Below are positions 17,831 to 26,509 of a stretch of DNA of 64,000 nucleotides, piece by piece. Source of the DNA: Mogibacterium sp. Lineage in GTDB: Bacteria > Bacillota > Clostridia > Peptostreptococcales > Anaerovoracaceae. The translations under genes and the position numbers were made by a program. The stretch lies in NCBI GenBank assembly GCA_017433975.1, contig JAFRGD010000024.1:5595-69594 (forward strand), given 5' to 3'. Below the pieces are notes generated by a model. That model had not been told where the DNA came from, made no database searches, and worked only from the letters and a program-made list of their open reading frames with translations. Position 1 is the stretch's first letter, and each line of letters opens with the position of its first letter.

Positions 17831-20209
17831 TTATGATTTCTTCTTGAGCTCGACGTATCCCTTGCCGAGTTTTTTGATGCCGACGCTGTCGAAGGCGACC
17901 GTCATCGTGGTGGCGGTCTGTTCGATCAGCATGCCTTCGCCGAACTTCGGGTGGATCAGGATATCGCCCGGCTGGAAGCCCTCGTTCGAGATCTTCCGCT
18001 CGGTCTGCGCCTTGGCGAAGGCGAGCGGGTCGAACGGTTTCTTCTTTGGCTCGCCGTAGTAGCCGTCCGCGGTCCCGTGGCTCCGGCCGCGGAACATGTA
18101 GTCGCCGGCGTAGCCGCCCGCCCCGCGGTACATGCCGCCCACGGCCTCGCGTTGTTTGGCGGTCTTGTCACCGTCGAGGAAGTCCGGATCCATCTCCTCG
18201 AGGAACATGGACTCGGTACTGTAATCCGTCCGGCCGTACATCATGCGCGTCTCCGCGCTGGTGAGGTACAGTTTGCGCATCGCCCGGGTGATCCCGACGT
18301 AGCAGAGCCGCCGCTCCTCCTCGAGCCGGCCCGCTTCGTCGAAGGACGCCGCGCCCGGGAAGACGCCGTTCTCCATGCCCGGCATGAAGACCACTGGGAA
18401 CTCCAGCCCCTTGGCGCTGTGGAGCGTCATGAGGACCACTTCGTCCCGGGTCCCGTCGAGGTCGTCGTCGCTGGTCCGCAGGGTGATCTGCGCGAGGAAC
18501 TGCCCGAGCTCGCTCTCCTCCGCCACGGTGAAGCCGTTCTCGGCTAGGTCCTGCACCTCCGCCTCTTCGGCCGTCAGTTCGCCACTCGCGGCAGCCGCTG
18601 CCCGGCCCTGTTCGAACTCGCTGATGACGGACTTGAACTCCATGACGTTCTCGATCCGGGCGTCCGCCTCCGGCGTGTTCTCGTCCTTCAACATGTCCAG
18701 ATAGCCGGACCGCGTCAGCAGGTTGTCGTACAGCGCGCTGATTGTGAGGTTGTCCCGCTCGGCGGAGAGCCCGTCGACCATGTCGAGAAATTTGCCCACC
18801 TCCGCCCGCGGTTTGGCCGTGAGGGATGCCAGGACCTCCGGGGTATGAAACGCCCGGTAGAGGCTGATTTTGTACGTTTTAGCGTATCCCTGGACGCCGG
18901 CGAGGGTCTTCGGACCGACGCCGCGCCGCGGTTCGTTGATGATGCGGAGCAACGAAACGTCGTCGTCCGGGTTGTCGATCAGCTTGAGGTACGCGACGAC
19001 GTCCTTGATCTCCTTGCGCTCGTAGAACTTCATGCCCGCGAGGATGGTGTACGGGATGCCGCGGAACAGGAATTTGTCCTCGAACGGCCGCGACTGGGCG
19101 TTCTTGCGGTACAGGACCGCGAAGTCACGGTAGTTGTACCCTTCCGACCGCAGTCGCTCGATCTCGCTCCCGATGTACCACGCCTCCTGCTTCTCGTCCG
19201 GGAGCCGCCGGTACGTGATCTTGTCGCCGCTCGTGCGGGCCGTCCAGAGCTCCTTGCCCTTGCGGCCGCGGTTGTGTTTGATGACCGAATTGGCCAGGCC
19301 GAGGATGTTCCCGTCGGAGCGGTAGTTCTGCTCCAGCTTGATCACACGCGCGTCCGGAAAGTCGTTCTCGAACTCCAGGATGTTCCGGATGTCCGCGCCG
19401 CGCCACTCGTAGATGCACTGGTCGTCGTCCCCGACGACGCACAGGTTGCGCGGCGAGCCGTCCCGGTTCCCGCGCCGTCCGGCGCCCTCGCCCGGCCCTT
19501 CGCCCGTCGCGAGGAGCTTGATCAGCTTATATTGTATATAGTTGGTATCCTGGTACTCGTCGACCATGATGTACCGGAAGCGCCGGCGGTAGTACGCGAG
19601 CACGTCGTCGAACTCCGCGAGCAGCCGCGCGCCGTTCCACAGGAGGTCGTCGAAGTCCATCGCGTTGTTTCGCATCATCTCCCGGGTGTATTCGAAGTAA
19701 ACGTTGTAAATCGTCTTGCTCCGGAAGTCCCCGGCATTCTGATACAGGTACTCGTCCGGCGTAAGCTCCTGCTCCTTGCAGTCGCTGATGACCTCGATCA
19801 GTAAGCTTACCGGATATTCTTTATCGTTAACATTAAGCTCCTTGCAAATCCGCTTGATCAGAGCCTTCTTGTCCGTCTCGTCATAAACCGTGAAGTTGCC
19901 CTTGTACCCGAGCAGGTCCGCGTGATACCGGAGCATGCGAAGGCACATCGCGTGAAACGTCATGATCCACATGCCGGCGGTGTCCGGCACGAGCGCCTCG
20001 ACGCGCGACCGCATCTCGCCGGCGGCCTTGTTCGTGAAAGTCACCGCGATGATCTGAAACGGATCGACGCCCTGCTCGATCATGTACGCGATGCGGTAGG
20101 TCATCGTCGTGGTCTTGCCGCTCCCCGCGCCCGCCAGTATTAAAAGCGGTCCGTCCAAATGCCTGACCGCTTTGATTTGTTCGCTATTGAGTCTGGATAG
20201 ATCGATCAT
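17831..20209 (-). CDS. pcrA: ATP-dependent DNA helicase PcrA (UvrD family)
   Basis: 792 aa. Motifs AGAGSGKT, DEYQDTN, VVGDDDQCIYEWRGA and VLMTLHSAKGLEF, plus a C-terminal Tudor-like segment (GDILIHPKFGEG). The pcrA-ligA order is typical of Firmicutes. Confidence 0.93.
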   Translation of the reverse strand: MIDLSRLNSEQIKAVRHLDGPLLILAGAGSGKTTTMTYRIAYMIEQGVDPFQIIAVTFTNKAAGEMRSRVEALVPDTAGMWIMTFHAMCLRMLRYHADLLGYKGNFTVYDETDKKALIKRICKELNVNDKEYPVSLLIEVISDCKEQELTPDEYLYQNAGDFRSKTIYNVYFEYTREMMRNNAMDFDDLLWNGARLLAEFDDVLAYYRRRFRYIMVDEYQDTNYIQYKLIKLLATGEGPGEGAGRRGNRDGSPRNLCVVGDDDQCIYEWRGADIRNILEFENDFPDARVIKLEQNYRSDGNILGLANSVIKHNRGRKGKELWTARTSGDKITYRRLPDEKQEAWYIGSEIERLRSEGYNYRDFAVLYRKNAQSRPFEDKFLFRGIPYTILAGMKFYERKEIKDVVAYLKLIDNPDDDVSLLRIINEPRRGVGPKTLAGVQGYAKTYKISLYRAFHTPEVLASLTAKPRAEVGKFLDMVDGLSAERDNLTISALYDNLLTRSGYLDMLKDENTPEADARIENVMEFKSVISEFEQGRAAAAASGELTAEEAEVQDLAENGFTVAEESELGQFLAQITLRTSDDDLDGTRDEVVLMTLHSAKGLEFPVVFMPGMENGVFPGAASFDEAGRLEEERRLCYVGITRAMRKLYLTSAETRMMYGRTDYSTESMFLEEMDPDFLDGDKTAKQREAVGGMYRGAGGYAGDYMFRGRSHGTADGYYGEPKKKPFDPLAFAKAQTERKISNEGFQPGDILIHPKFGEGMLIEQTATTMTVAFDSVGIKKLGKGYVELKKKS

Positions 20210-21120
20210 GCCCTGCCCTTCAAAACATCGTGTCCGATGATTCCGTTGCCGATGACGCCGTTCGACTGCGCGTCCTCGGAATAGATGAACTCGAGGTCCT
20301 CGGACGGGTACGGATGCAGCGTCAGGTCGCGGACCTCCTGCTCAAAGAGATCGAACGGGAAGCCGATGGTGCGGAAGACGCCGCCGCCGATGATGATGTG
20401 GTCCGGGTCGAGCAGTGTGATCTCGTTGGCGACCGGAAGCGCACAATCCTTTGCGAACTGCAACAGCCGCGGATCGTCCGGATGCGCCGGATACATCTCG
20501 TCGATGTCGAGTTCCGGATACCGCGCATCCCGGATGCGGGAGAGCGTCCAGCCGCTCGCGCGCGTCTCGACGTGGCCCGGCCGCCCGCAGTTGCAGAGGT
20601 CCGTCACGCCGTAGAGCGACGTATGGCCGATCTCCGCCGCAACGCCGTGCTTGCCGAGGTGCAGCTTGCCGTCAATATAAATCGCGTTGCCGAAGCCCGT
20701 GCCGATGTAGAAGCCGAGAATCGTCTTGTTCCGGTCCGGGTCCAGCCCGAGCATCACGATGTCCTTCATCAGGAGCGCGTTGATGTCGTTCCCGACGTAG
20801 GTCGGAATGCCTGTCGCCTCCGAAACGATCCTGCCGAGGTCGTTGTCCCCGAGGCCAGGAATCTTTGCGATACTGTAGACGTAGCTGTGGTCCTTGTTCA
20901 CCCAGCCCGGGACGCCGATGGCGATCAGCGCCACGTCGTAGGAGCTGTTGGCCGCAAGGTAGTCCTTGACGATTGCGGTGAAGTTCCCCATCGCGTCGCC
21001 CTGGAACGTCTTTTTCGTCTTATGATGGACGAACTGTTCCATGTTATAGTCTTCATCTACAAGTCCCATGCGGAAGTTCGTTCCGCCGATATCGATTCCC
21101 ATTACATATTTTTTGCTCAT
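20206..21120 (-). CDS. ROK family sugar kinase/regulator-like protein
   Basis: N-terminal GIDIGGTNFR, EIGH and the Zn motif CNCGRPGHVE. There is a 4-nt overlap with the pcrA start. Confidence 0.85.
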   Translation of the reverse strand: MSKKYVMGIDIGGTNFRMGLVDEDYNMEQFVHHKTKKTFQGDAMGNFTAIVKDYLAANSSYDVALIAIGVPGWVNKDHSYVYSIAKIPGLGDNDLGRIVSEATGIPTYVGNDINALLMKDIVMLGLDPDRNKTILGFYIGTGFGNAIYIDGKLHLGKHGVAAEIGHTSLYGVTDLCNCGRPGHVETRASGWTLSRIRDARYPELDIDEMYPAHPDDPRLLQFAKDCALPVANEITLLDPDHIIIGGGVFRTIGFPFDLFEQEVRDLTLHPYPSEDLEFIYSEDAQSNGVIGNGIIGHDVLKGRA

Positions 21121-21212
21121 GTTAAATTCCCTCCCGGCAGGCCGGTCATTGCTTTGATGCTTTTTGCACTTCCATTATACACGCAAATGCCGCCAACGAC
21201 AAAGACTATTCC

Positions 21213-21250
21213 AAAAAGATGAAACACCGGAGCCGAAGCTCCGGTGTTCC
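21213..21250 (-). terminator. Terminator downstream of gdhA
   Basis: 11-bp stem aacaccggagc/gctccggtgtt with loop cgaa. The minus strand continues with a U-rich tract (plus-strand ccaaaaagatga). Confidence 0.75.
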
Positions 21251-21293
21251 CTTTGTTTTGTTGGAAGTTGAACTAATAAGTACGTCGATCGTA

Positions 21294-22637
21294 TTATACG
21301 ATACCCTGGCACATCATAGCCTCAGCGACTCTCTCGAAGCCCGCGATGTTCGCGCCCGCAACGAGGTTGTATCCGAGGTTGTATCTCTCGCAAGCGTCAG
21401 CAGCCAGCTGGTGGATGCGGACCATGATGCCCTCTAACTGAGCATAAACGTCCTCTTCATTCCAGATGAGGTGCTCAGCGTTCTGAGCCATCTCGAGGCA
21501 GGAGCATGCAACGCCGCCGGCGTTCGCAGCCTTTGCAGGGCCGACGACGACGCCGTTCGCCTGGAGGTACTCGATCGCTTCGTTCGTGGTCGGCATGTTC
21601 GCGCCCTCGATGAGGAACTTGCAGCCGTTCGCGACGAGCTGTTTCGCGTGCTCAAGACGGATGTCGTTCTGCATTGCGCACGGGATGTAGAGGTCAGCCT
21701 TGACGCCCCATGGCTTCTCGCCCGGGATGAACTTGGCTTCTGGGAACTTCTCTGCGTATGGAGCGCAGATGTTCTTGCCGGAGCCTCTCAGCTCGAGCAT
21801 GTACGCGACCTTCTCGCCAGTGATACCAGTCTCGTCGAGAATGTATCCGTCTGGTCCGGAGAACGCGATCAGCTTTGCGCCGAGCTGTTCGAGCTTGCAA
21901 GCGGTACCCCATGCTACGTTACCGAAGCCGGAGATGACTACGGTCTTGCCCGCGAGCTCCTCGCCGCAGTGCTTGAGGACCTCTCTCGCGAAGAATACGA
22001 TACCATAGCCGGTAGCCTCAGTTCTGCCAGCGAGGCCGCCGTTCTTGGTGCCCTTGCCGGTCCATGTGCCGTCGAACTGGCCGGTGAGTCTCTTGTACTG
22101 GCCCATCATGTAGCCGATCTCTCTGCCGCCGACACCGAGGTCGCCTGCAGGAACGTCGACGTTAGGACCAATGTGTCTGTAGAGCTCGGTTACGAAGCTC
22201 TGGCAGAATCTCATGACTTCTGCGTCGGACTTGCCGTTCGGGTCGAAGTCAGAACCGCCCTTGCCGCCGCCGATTGGAAGACCGGTCAGAGCGTTCTTGA
22301 AGATCTGCTCGAAGCCCAGGAATTTGAGAATTCCAGGATATACGTTCGGAGCAAATCTGATTCCGCCCTTGTAAGGTCCCAGCGCGCTGGAGAACTGGAA
22401 TCTGTAGCCTCTGTTCACCTGAACGTTGCCGGCATCGTCAACCCAAGGAACTCTGAACGAAACGCCTCTCTCAGGCTCGATCAGTCTCTCGATCAGACCA
22501 GCCTTGATGTACTCTGGGTGTGCCTCGAGTACAGGCTCGATCGAAGTCAGAACTTCCTCTACGGTCTGAATAAACTCAGGTTCGCCAGGATTCTTTGCCT
22601 TTGCAAGATCGATGTACTTTTGTGATAAATTAGCCAT
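21294..22637 (-). CDS. gdhA: NADP-specific glutamate dehydrogenase
   Basis: 447 aa with the GGGKGG active-site region (LPIGGGKGGSDFDP) and dinucleotide fold GFGNVAWG. Codon usage differs from neighbouring genes (Arg is almost all AGA). Confidence 0.95.
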   Translation of the reverse strand: MANLSQKYIDLAKAKNPGEPEFIQTVEEVLTSIEPVLEAHPEYIKAGLIERLIEPERGVSFRVPWVDDAGNVQVNRGYRFQFSSALGPYKGGIRFAPNVYPGILKFLGFEQIFKNALTGLPIGGGKGGSDFDPNGKSDAEVMRFCQSFVTELYRHIGPNVDVPAGDLGVGGREIGYMMGQYKRLTGQFDGTWTGKGTKNGGLAGRTEATGYGIVFFAREVLKHCGEELAGKTVVISGFGNVAWGTACKLEQLGAKLIAFSGPDGYILDETGITGEKVAYMLELRGSGKNICAPYAEKFPEAKFIPGEKPWGVKADLYIPCAMQNDIRLEHAKQLVANGCKFLIEGANMPTTNEAIEYLQANGVVVGPAKAANAGGVACSCLEMAQNAEHLIWNEEDVYAQLEGIMVRIHQLAADACERYNLGYNLVAGANIAGFERVAEAMMCQGIV

Positions 22638-22697
22638 TTCTTTCTCCTTACAAAACTGTTTAATTGTGTTCTTGCCAGCGTCATTGCCAGCGTTAAT

Positions 22698-22726
22698 ATT
22701 TTATCACTCAAACTCCGGACAGTCAA
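22698..22726 (-). promoter_or_regulatory. Probable gdhA promoter
   Basis: The minus strand reads TTGACT (22721-22726), a 17-nt spacer, then TAAAAT (22698-22703), about 60 nt upstream of the gdhA ATG. Confidence 0.6.
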
Positions 22727-22768
22727 CAAGTGCGCGTGGAGTTTTTGTGACCCGGGGGTTGGCGGCCG

Positions 22769-24229
22769 CTAGTCCAGGATGACGATTCGGCCCTCTACGT
22801 GGGCGTCGAGGCCCTGGTGCGTCACGAAGTACTCCTCGACGATGTTGTTCACGCTCGTCGCGACAACGCGCGGCTTCATGTTGGCTGCGACTTCTTCGAT
22901 CGGCACGCTGAAAAACTCGGTAAAACTATTGTAATGGTAGCTCTGCATCGCGATGAGGAGCTCCTGGTCGTCGGTGATCTCCGCGCCGTGGAAGCTGAGC
23001 TCCTCCAGCGTGTGCGTGCTCTTGCGGTACACGATCCGGACTCCCTGCGAATACTGGTAAAACTCGGTGTGGCCCAACCACGCGTCGTCCCGCATGACGT
23101 ACTGGATCATCTGGCGGAACTGCCTGCCGGTGACCTTGAGCATCCAGAGCAGGTCGTCAAACGGCGTGTTCTCGATCATGTCCTGATACTGGACGATCGG
23201 CCCCATGACTTGTTTACGGATCGCCCCGGACCCCATGAGCATGATGTCAAAGCTGCTCTCCCACTGCAGAAGGTCCGCGTAGAGGTTCCCCATCTCGGTC
23301 TCCTGAATGCGCGACGGGTGCGTGAGCGGCCGCGCGAACGTCGTGAGGATCCGGTGATATTTGCGGTCGGTTTCGCCTTTGTAGCTATCAAGCAGCGCCT
23401 CCATGACCGGGTCCGGCGGCGCGGTCTCCGGCGTGATCTCCACGCACTGCCAGTTCCACGTCGCGATCCGGTGCGCGTCTGTATCGTATTTGATGTCGAA
23501 GCGGCCGATGTGCCCGGACCCCTTGCCCACCTGCACGATCGGAACGCCGTTCACGATTTCCGGCTCCGAAAGCAGTGTGTGCGTGTGCCCGCCGATGATG
23601 ATGTCCACGCCCCAGTCCGGGTCGAGCATCGCGGCGAGCTCGCGGTCCGCTTCGATGCCGATGTGCGTCAGCAGGACGACCATGTCCGTGTGCCGCGTGC
23701 GGTAGTTGTCGCAGATGATACCGACTTCTTTGGCGGCCTGCTCCACGTCGATGAACGTACCGATGACCCGCTCCGACTTGGTCGAAGAGATGACCTCCTC
23801 CGTCAGGATTCCGATGAAAAGAATGTTCATCCCGCCGACGTTGAGCGTGAGGTACGGCTGGAACAGGCGCGCGTTATTGAGCGTAACGAAAAGGTTGGCG
23901 TTGATGATCGGGAACTTGGCGCACTTCTCGAGAAAGAGCAGATGCGCGATCCCGTAATCCACCTCGTGGTTGCCGACGGTCGTCACGTCCGGCGCCAGCA
24001 GGTTCATCAGGTCGATCGTAGAGAGACCGAGGTACTCCGAGTCGATGATGGAGCCGCGGAACATGTCGCCGGCGTTGGCGAAGATGACGTTCTCCTCCTC
24101 CGACCGGACTTTCTTGACGTATCCGGAAAGGTACGAAATTCCGCCGGACAAGCGGCCGTCCTGCTCGGTCGGCAGGAAGTCGCCGTGCAGGTCGTTGGTA
24201 TGGATGATGGTCAGGTCTTTGATGGCCAT
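22769..24229 (-). CDS. Bifunctional metallophosphatase/5'-nucleotidase (UshA-like), no signal peptide seen
   Basis: 486 aa with HTNDLHG, GDMFRGS, GNHEVDYG and GGHTH motifs, plus a C-terminal 5'-nucleotidase domain. The stop codon is TAG. Confidence 0.88.
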   Translation of the reverse strand: MAIKDLTIIHTNDLHGDFLPTEQDGRLSGGISYLSGYVKKVRSEEENVIFANAGDMFRGSIIDSEYLGLSTIDLMNLLAPDVTTVGNHEVDYGIAHLLFLEKCAKFPIINANLFVTLNNARLFQPYLTLNVGGMNILFIGILTEEVISSTKSERVIGTFIDVEQAAKEVGIICDNYRTRHTDMVVLLTHIGIEADRELAAMLDPDWGVDIIIGGHTHTLLSEPEIVNGVPIVQVGKGSGHIGRFDIKYDTDAHRIATWNWQCVEITPETAPPDPVMEALLDSYKGETDRKYHRILTTFARPLTHPSRIQETEMGNLYADLLQWESSFDIMLMGSGAIRKQVMGPIVQYQDMIENTPFDDLLWMLKVTGRQFRQMIQYVMRDDAWLGHTEFYQYSQGVRIVYRKSTHTLEELSFHGAEITDDQELLIAMQSYHYNSFTEFFSVPIEEVAANMKPRVVATSVNNIVEEYFVTHQGLDAHVEGRIVILD

Positions 24230-24247
24230 GATAAAACTCCTTTATTA

Positions 24248-25441
24248 CTATAGGTGGTGGATCGGGCGGCAGAGTCCCGCGCGGCGCGCCTCGTCCGCGA
24301 CGGCCTTGGAGACGGCGTCCGCGACCCGGCTCTCAAACGCGTGCGGGAGCACGTAATCCGCGGAGAGCTCCTCTGGTCCGATGACCCCGGCGAGCGCCTC
24401 TGCGGCGCAGATCTTCATCTCCGTCGTGACCCGGGTCGCGCCTACGGACAGCAGGCCCTTGAAGAATCCCGGGAAAATCAGTACGTTGTTGACCTGGTTC
24501 GGATAGTCGGATCGGCCCGTTCCGACGACCGCCGCGCCCGCGGCAATCGCTTCGTCCGGCAGGATCTCCGGCACCGGGTTCGCCATCGCAAAGATGATCG
24601 GGTCCTTCGCCATCGACCGCACCATGTCCGCATTCACCATGCCGCGCTGCGACACGCCGACGAATACGTCCGCGCCGGCCATCGCATCGGCCAGCGTCCC
24701 GCGCTGATCGCCTAGGTTCGTCACTCTGGCGATGGCTTCTTTGTATGGGTTGTTCCGCGGGTTTCCCGCGTAGACGATGCCCTTGCTGTCGCAGACCGTC
24801 ACCTCGCCGAGGCCCATGTCGAGCATCAGCCGCGTGATGGAGAGGCCCGCCGCGCCGGCGCCGTTGACGACGATCCGAAGTTTGCCGCGCTCCCGCCCGG
24901 TGACCTTGATCGCGTTCAGGATCGCTGCGCACGTGATGATTGCGGTCCCGTGCTGGTCATCGTGAAAGATCGGGATGTCGCATTTTTCAATCAGTTTGTC
25001 CTCGATCTCGAAGCACCGCGGCGCGCTGATGTCCTCCAGGTTGATCCCGCCGAAGCTCTTGGATATCCGCCAGATGGTATCGACGATCTCGTCGGCGTCC
25101 TTAGAATCGACGCAGATCGGCACCGCGTTCACGCCGCCGAAGCGCTTGAACAGGGCGCACTTGCCCTCCATGACCGGCATCGATGCGCTCGGTCCGATGT
25201 CTCCGAGCCCGAGGACCGCCGTCCCGTCCGTGATGACCGCGACGAGGTTGCCCTTGCCCGTGTATTCATATGCCAGGTCCTCATCCTTTGCGATCTCGAG
25301 GCACGGTTCGGCCACGCCCGGCGTATACGCGATTGCCAGGTCCTCGTCCGAATCCACACTGCACCTCAGCGCGATATCCAATTTGCCGCACCATTCCCGA
25401 TGCCTCTTTAATGCTTCTTCTGCCAGCCACTTGTCGTCCAT
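24248..25441 (-). CDS. NAD(P)-dependent malic enzyme (oxaloacetate-decarboxylating malate dehydrogenase)
   Basis: 397 aa with [23 protein letters not shown] and VNGAGAAG motifs. Confidence 0.92.
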   Translation of the reverse strand: MDDKWLAEEALKRHREWCGKLDIALRCSVDSDEDLAIAYTPGVAEPCLEIAKDEDLAYEYTGKGNLVAVITDGTAVLGLGDIGPSASMPVMEGKCALFKRFGGVNAVPICVDSKDADEIVDTIWRISKSFGGINLEDISAPRCFEIEDKLIEKCDIPIFHDDQHGTAIITCAAILNAIKVTGRERGKLRIVVNGAGAAGLSITRLMLDMGLGEVTVCDSKGIVYAGNPRNNPYKEAIARVTNLGDQRGTLADAMAGADVFVGVSQRGMVNADMVRSMAKDPIIFAMANPVPEILPDEAIAAGAAVVGTGRSDYPNQVNNVLIFPGFFKGLLSVGATRVTTEMKICAAEALAGVIGPEELSADYVLPHAFESRVADAVSKAVADEARRAGLCRPIHHL

Positions 25442-25564
25442 GGAACGCTTCCCCTTTTATCCCTTTTGTTGATCGTCAATTCTCTTGACAGCTTTATTTT
25501 ATCATCTCGCGCCGGTGGAGACAATCAAAAAGCACCCCGCCGCGGAGGCAAGGTGCCCGGTTTG

Positions 25565-26449
25565 TTACTTGTAGTCGAAGCCGCTCGGCTCGTTCAGCGG
25601 CTTCTCGAGGATCTCCGGATTCTCGAAGATGTACTTGATCAGCTTGAGGCTGCGGCCGAAGTAAAAGCCGTCCGCGATGCGCTCATCGAGCGTCGCGCCG
25701 ACGCTCACGATGTCGCGGATTTGCTTCGTCCCGTCGTCCATCAGGACTTCTTCCTTGTGGAGCGTACCGATCGTCACCATGATGGAGTTGGTTCCGTAAT
25801 TGTTCAGATGGTGGTAGATTGCCGGCAGTTTGACGCTGCCGAGGTTCGCGACGAGGATCGAAGAGTAGTTCGGGTCGCCGTCGGTGAGGACCTTCGGGTT
25901 GAGTCCCCAGAAGTCGAGATAGCGGATCAGCCGGACGGAAGCCGCGAAGATCGGCCGCGGCAGCGCCGCGAACTTGTCGAGGATCTCGTCGATGCCGCCG
26001 GTCGCGTGCTCGCTCTTGCGCATCTCTGCTACGTCGCCGAGGATCTTTTGCGAAATCTCGTTGACCGTGTCTGTCGGATTCGGGACAAGATACATGAGGG
26101 ACTCCTCCGTCCCGTCCGTGAAGCGGCGCTTCGCTACAAAGGACAGGCTGATCTCGTTCCGTTCATAGATTCGGTAGCCCTGGATGAACCGGTTCATCAT
26201 CGGCCGCTCGTAGAGCATGCGCGCGAGGCCCGCGATGACGCAGTGGAACATCGTCATCCGGTCGGCCTTCTCCCGGCCCTCGTTCTTTGCCTCCAGGTAT
26301 TTCAACAGGTTGGTCGCGTCGATGTCCTGATAAATGTGCACCTCGCAGTCCGTCCGGTTCGGAAAAAGCGCCGTCATGACGGTCTGCAGCCCAGGCGCCT
26401 TCACGCGCGTCCCGTCTCTCCTGTCTCCTCGTTTCACTTTCTTACCCAT
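25565..26449 (-). CDS. Stand-alone 2-oxoacid dehydrogenase E2-type (CAT-fold) acyltransferase catalytic-domain protein, variant active-site motif
   Basis: 294 aa. The C-terminal segment LDERIADGFYFGRSLKLIKYIFENPEIL aligns with the E2 catalytic motif DHRxxDG followed by the amphipathic helix, but with Glu in place of His. Confidence 0.65.
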   Translation of the reverse strand: MGKKVKRGDRRDGTRVKAPGLQTVMTALFPNRTDCEVHIYQDIDATNLLKYLEAKNEGREKADRMTMFHCVIAGLARMLYERPMMNRFIQGYRIYERNEISLSFVAKRRFTDGTEESLMYLVPNPTDTVNEISQKILGDVAEMRKSEHATGGIDEILDKFAALPRPIFAASVRLIRYLDFWGLNPKVLTDGDPNYSSILVANLGSVKLPAIYHHLNNYGTNSIMVTIGTLHKEEVLMDDGTKQIRDIVSVGATLDERIADGFYFGRSLKLIKYIFENPEILEKPLNEPSGFDYK

Positions 26450-26509
26450 GTCGTTCTCCCCTTACTTATCTAGTAACAACTATCTATGAAACCGCCGCAG
26501 GCGGTGCGT

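Noticed and set aside
22799-24253. 484-aa plus-strand ORF
   Set aside because: It is antisense to the 5'-nucleotidase/metallophosphatase gene. It is a shadow ORF.
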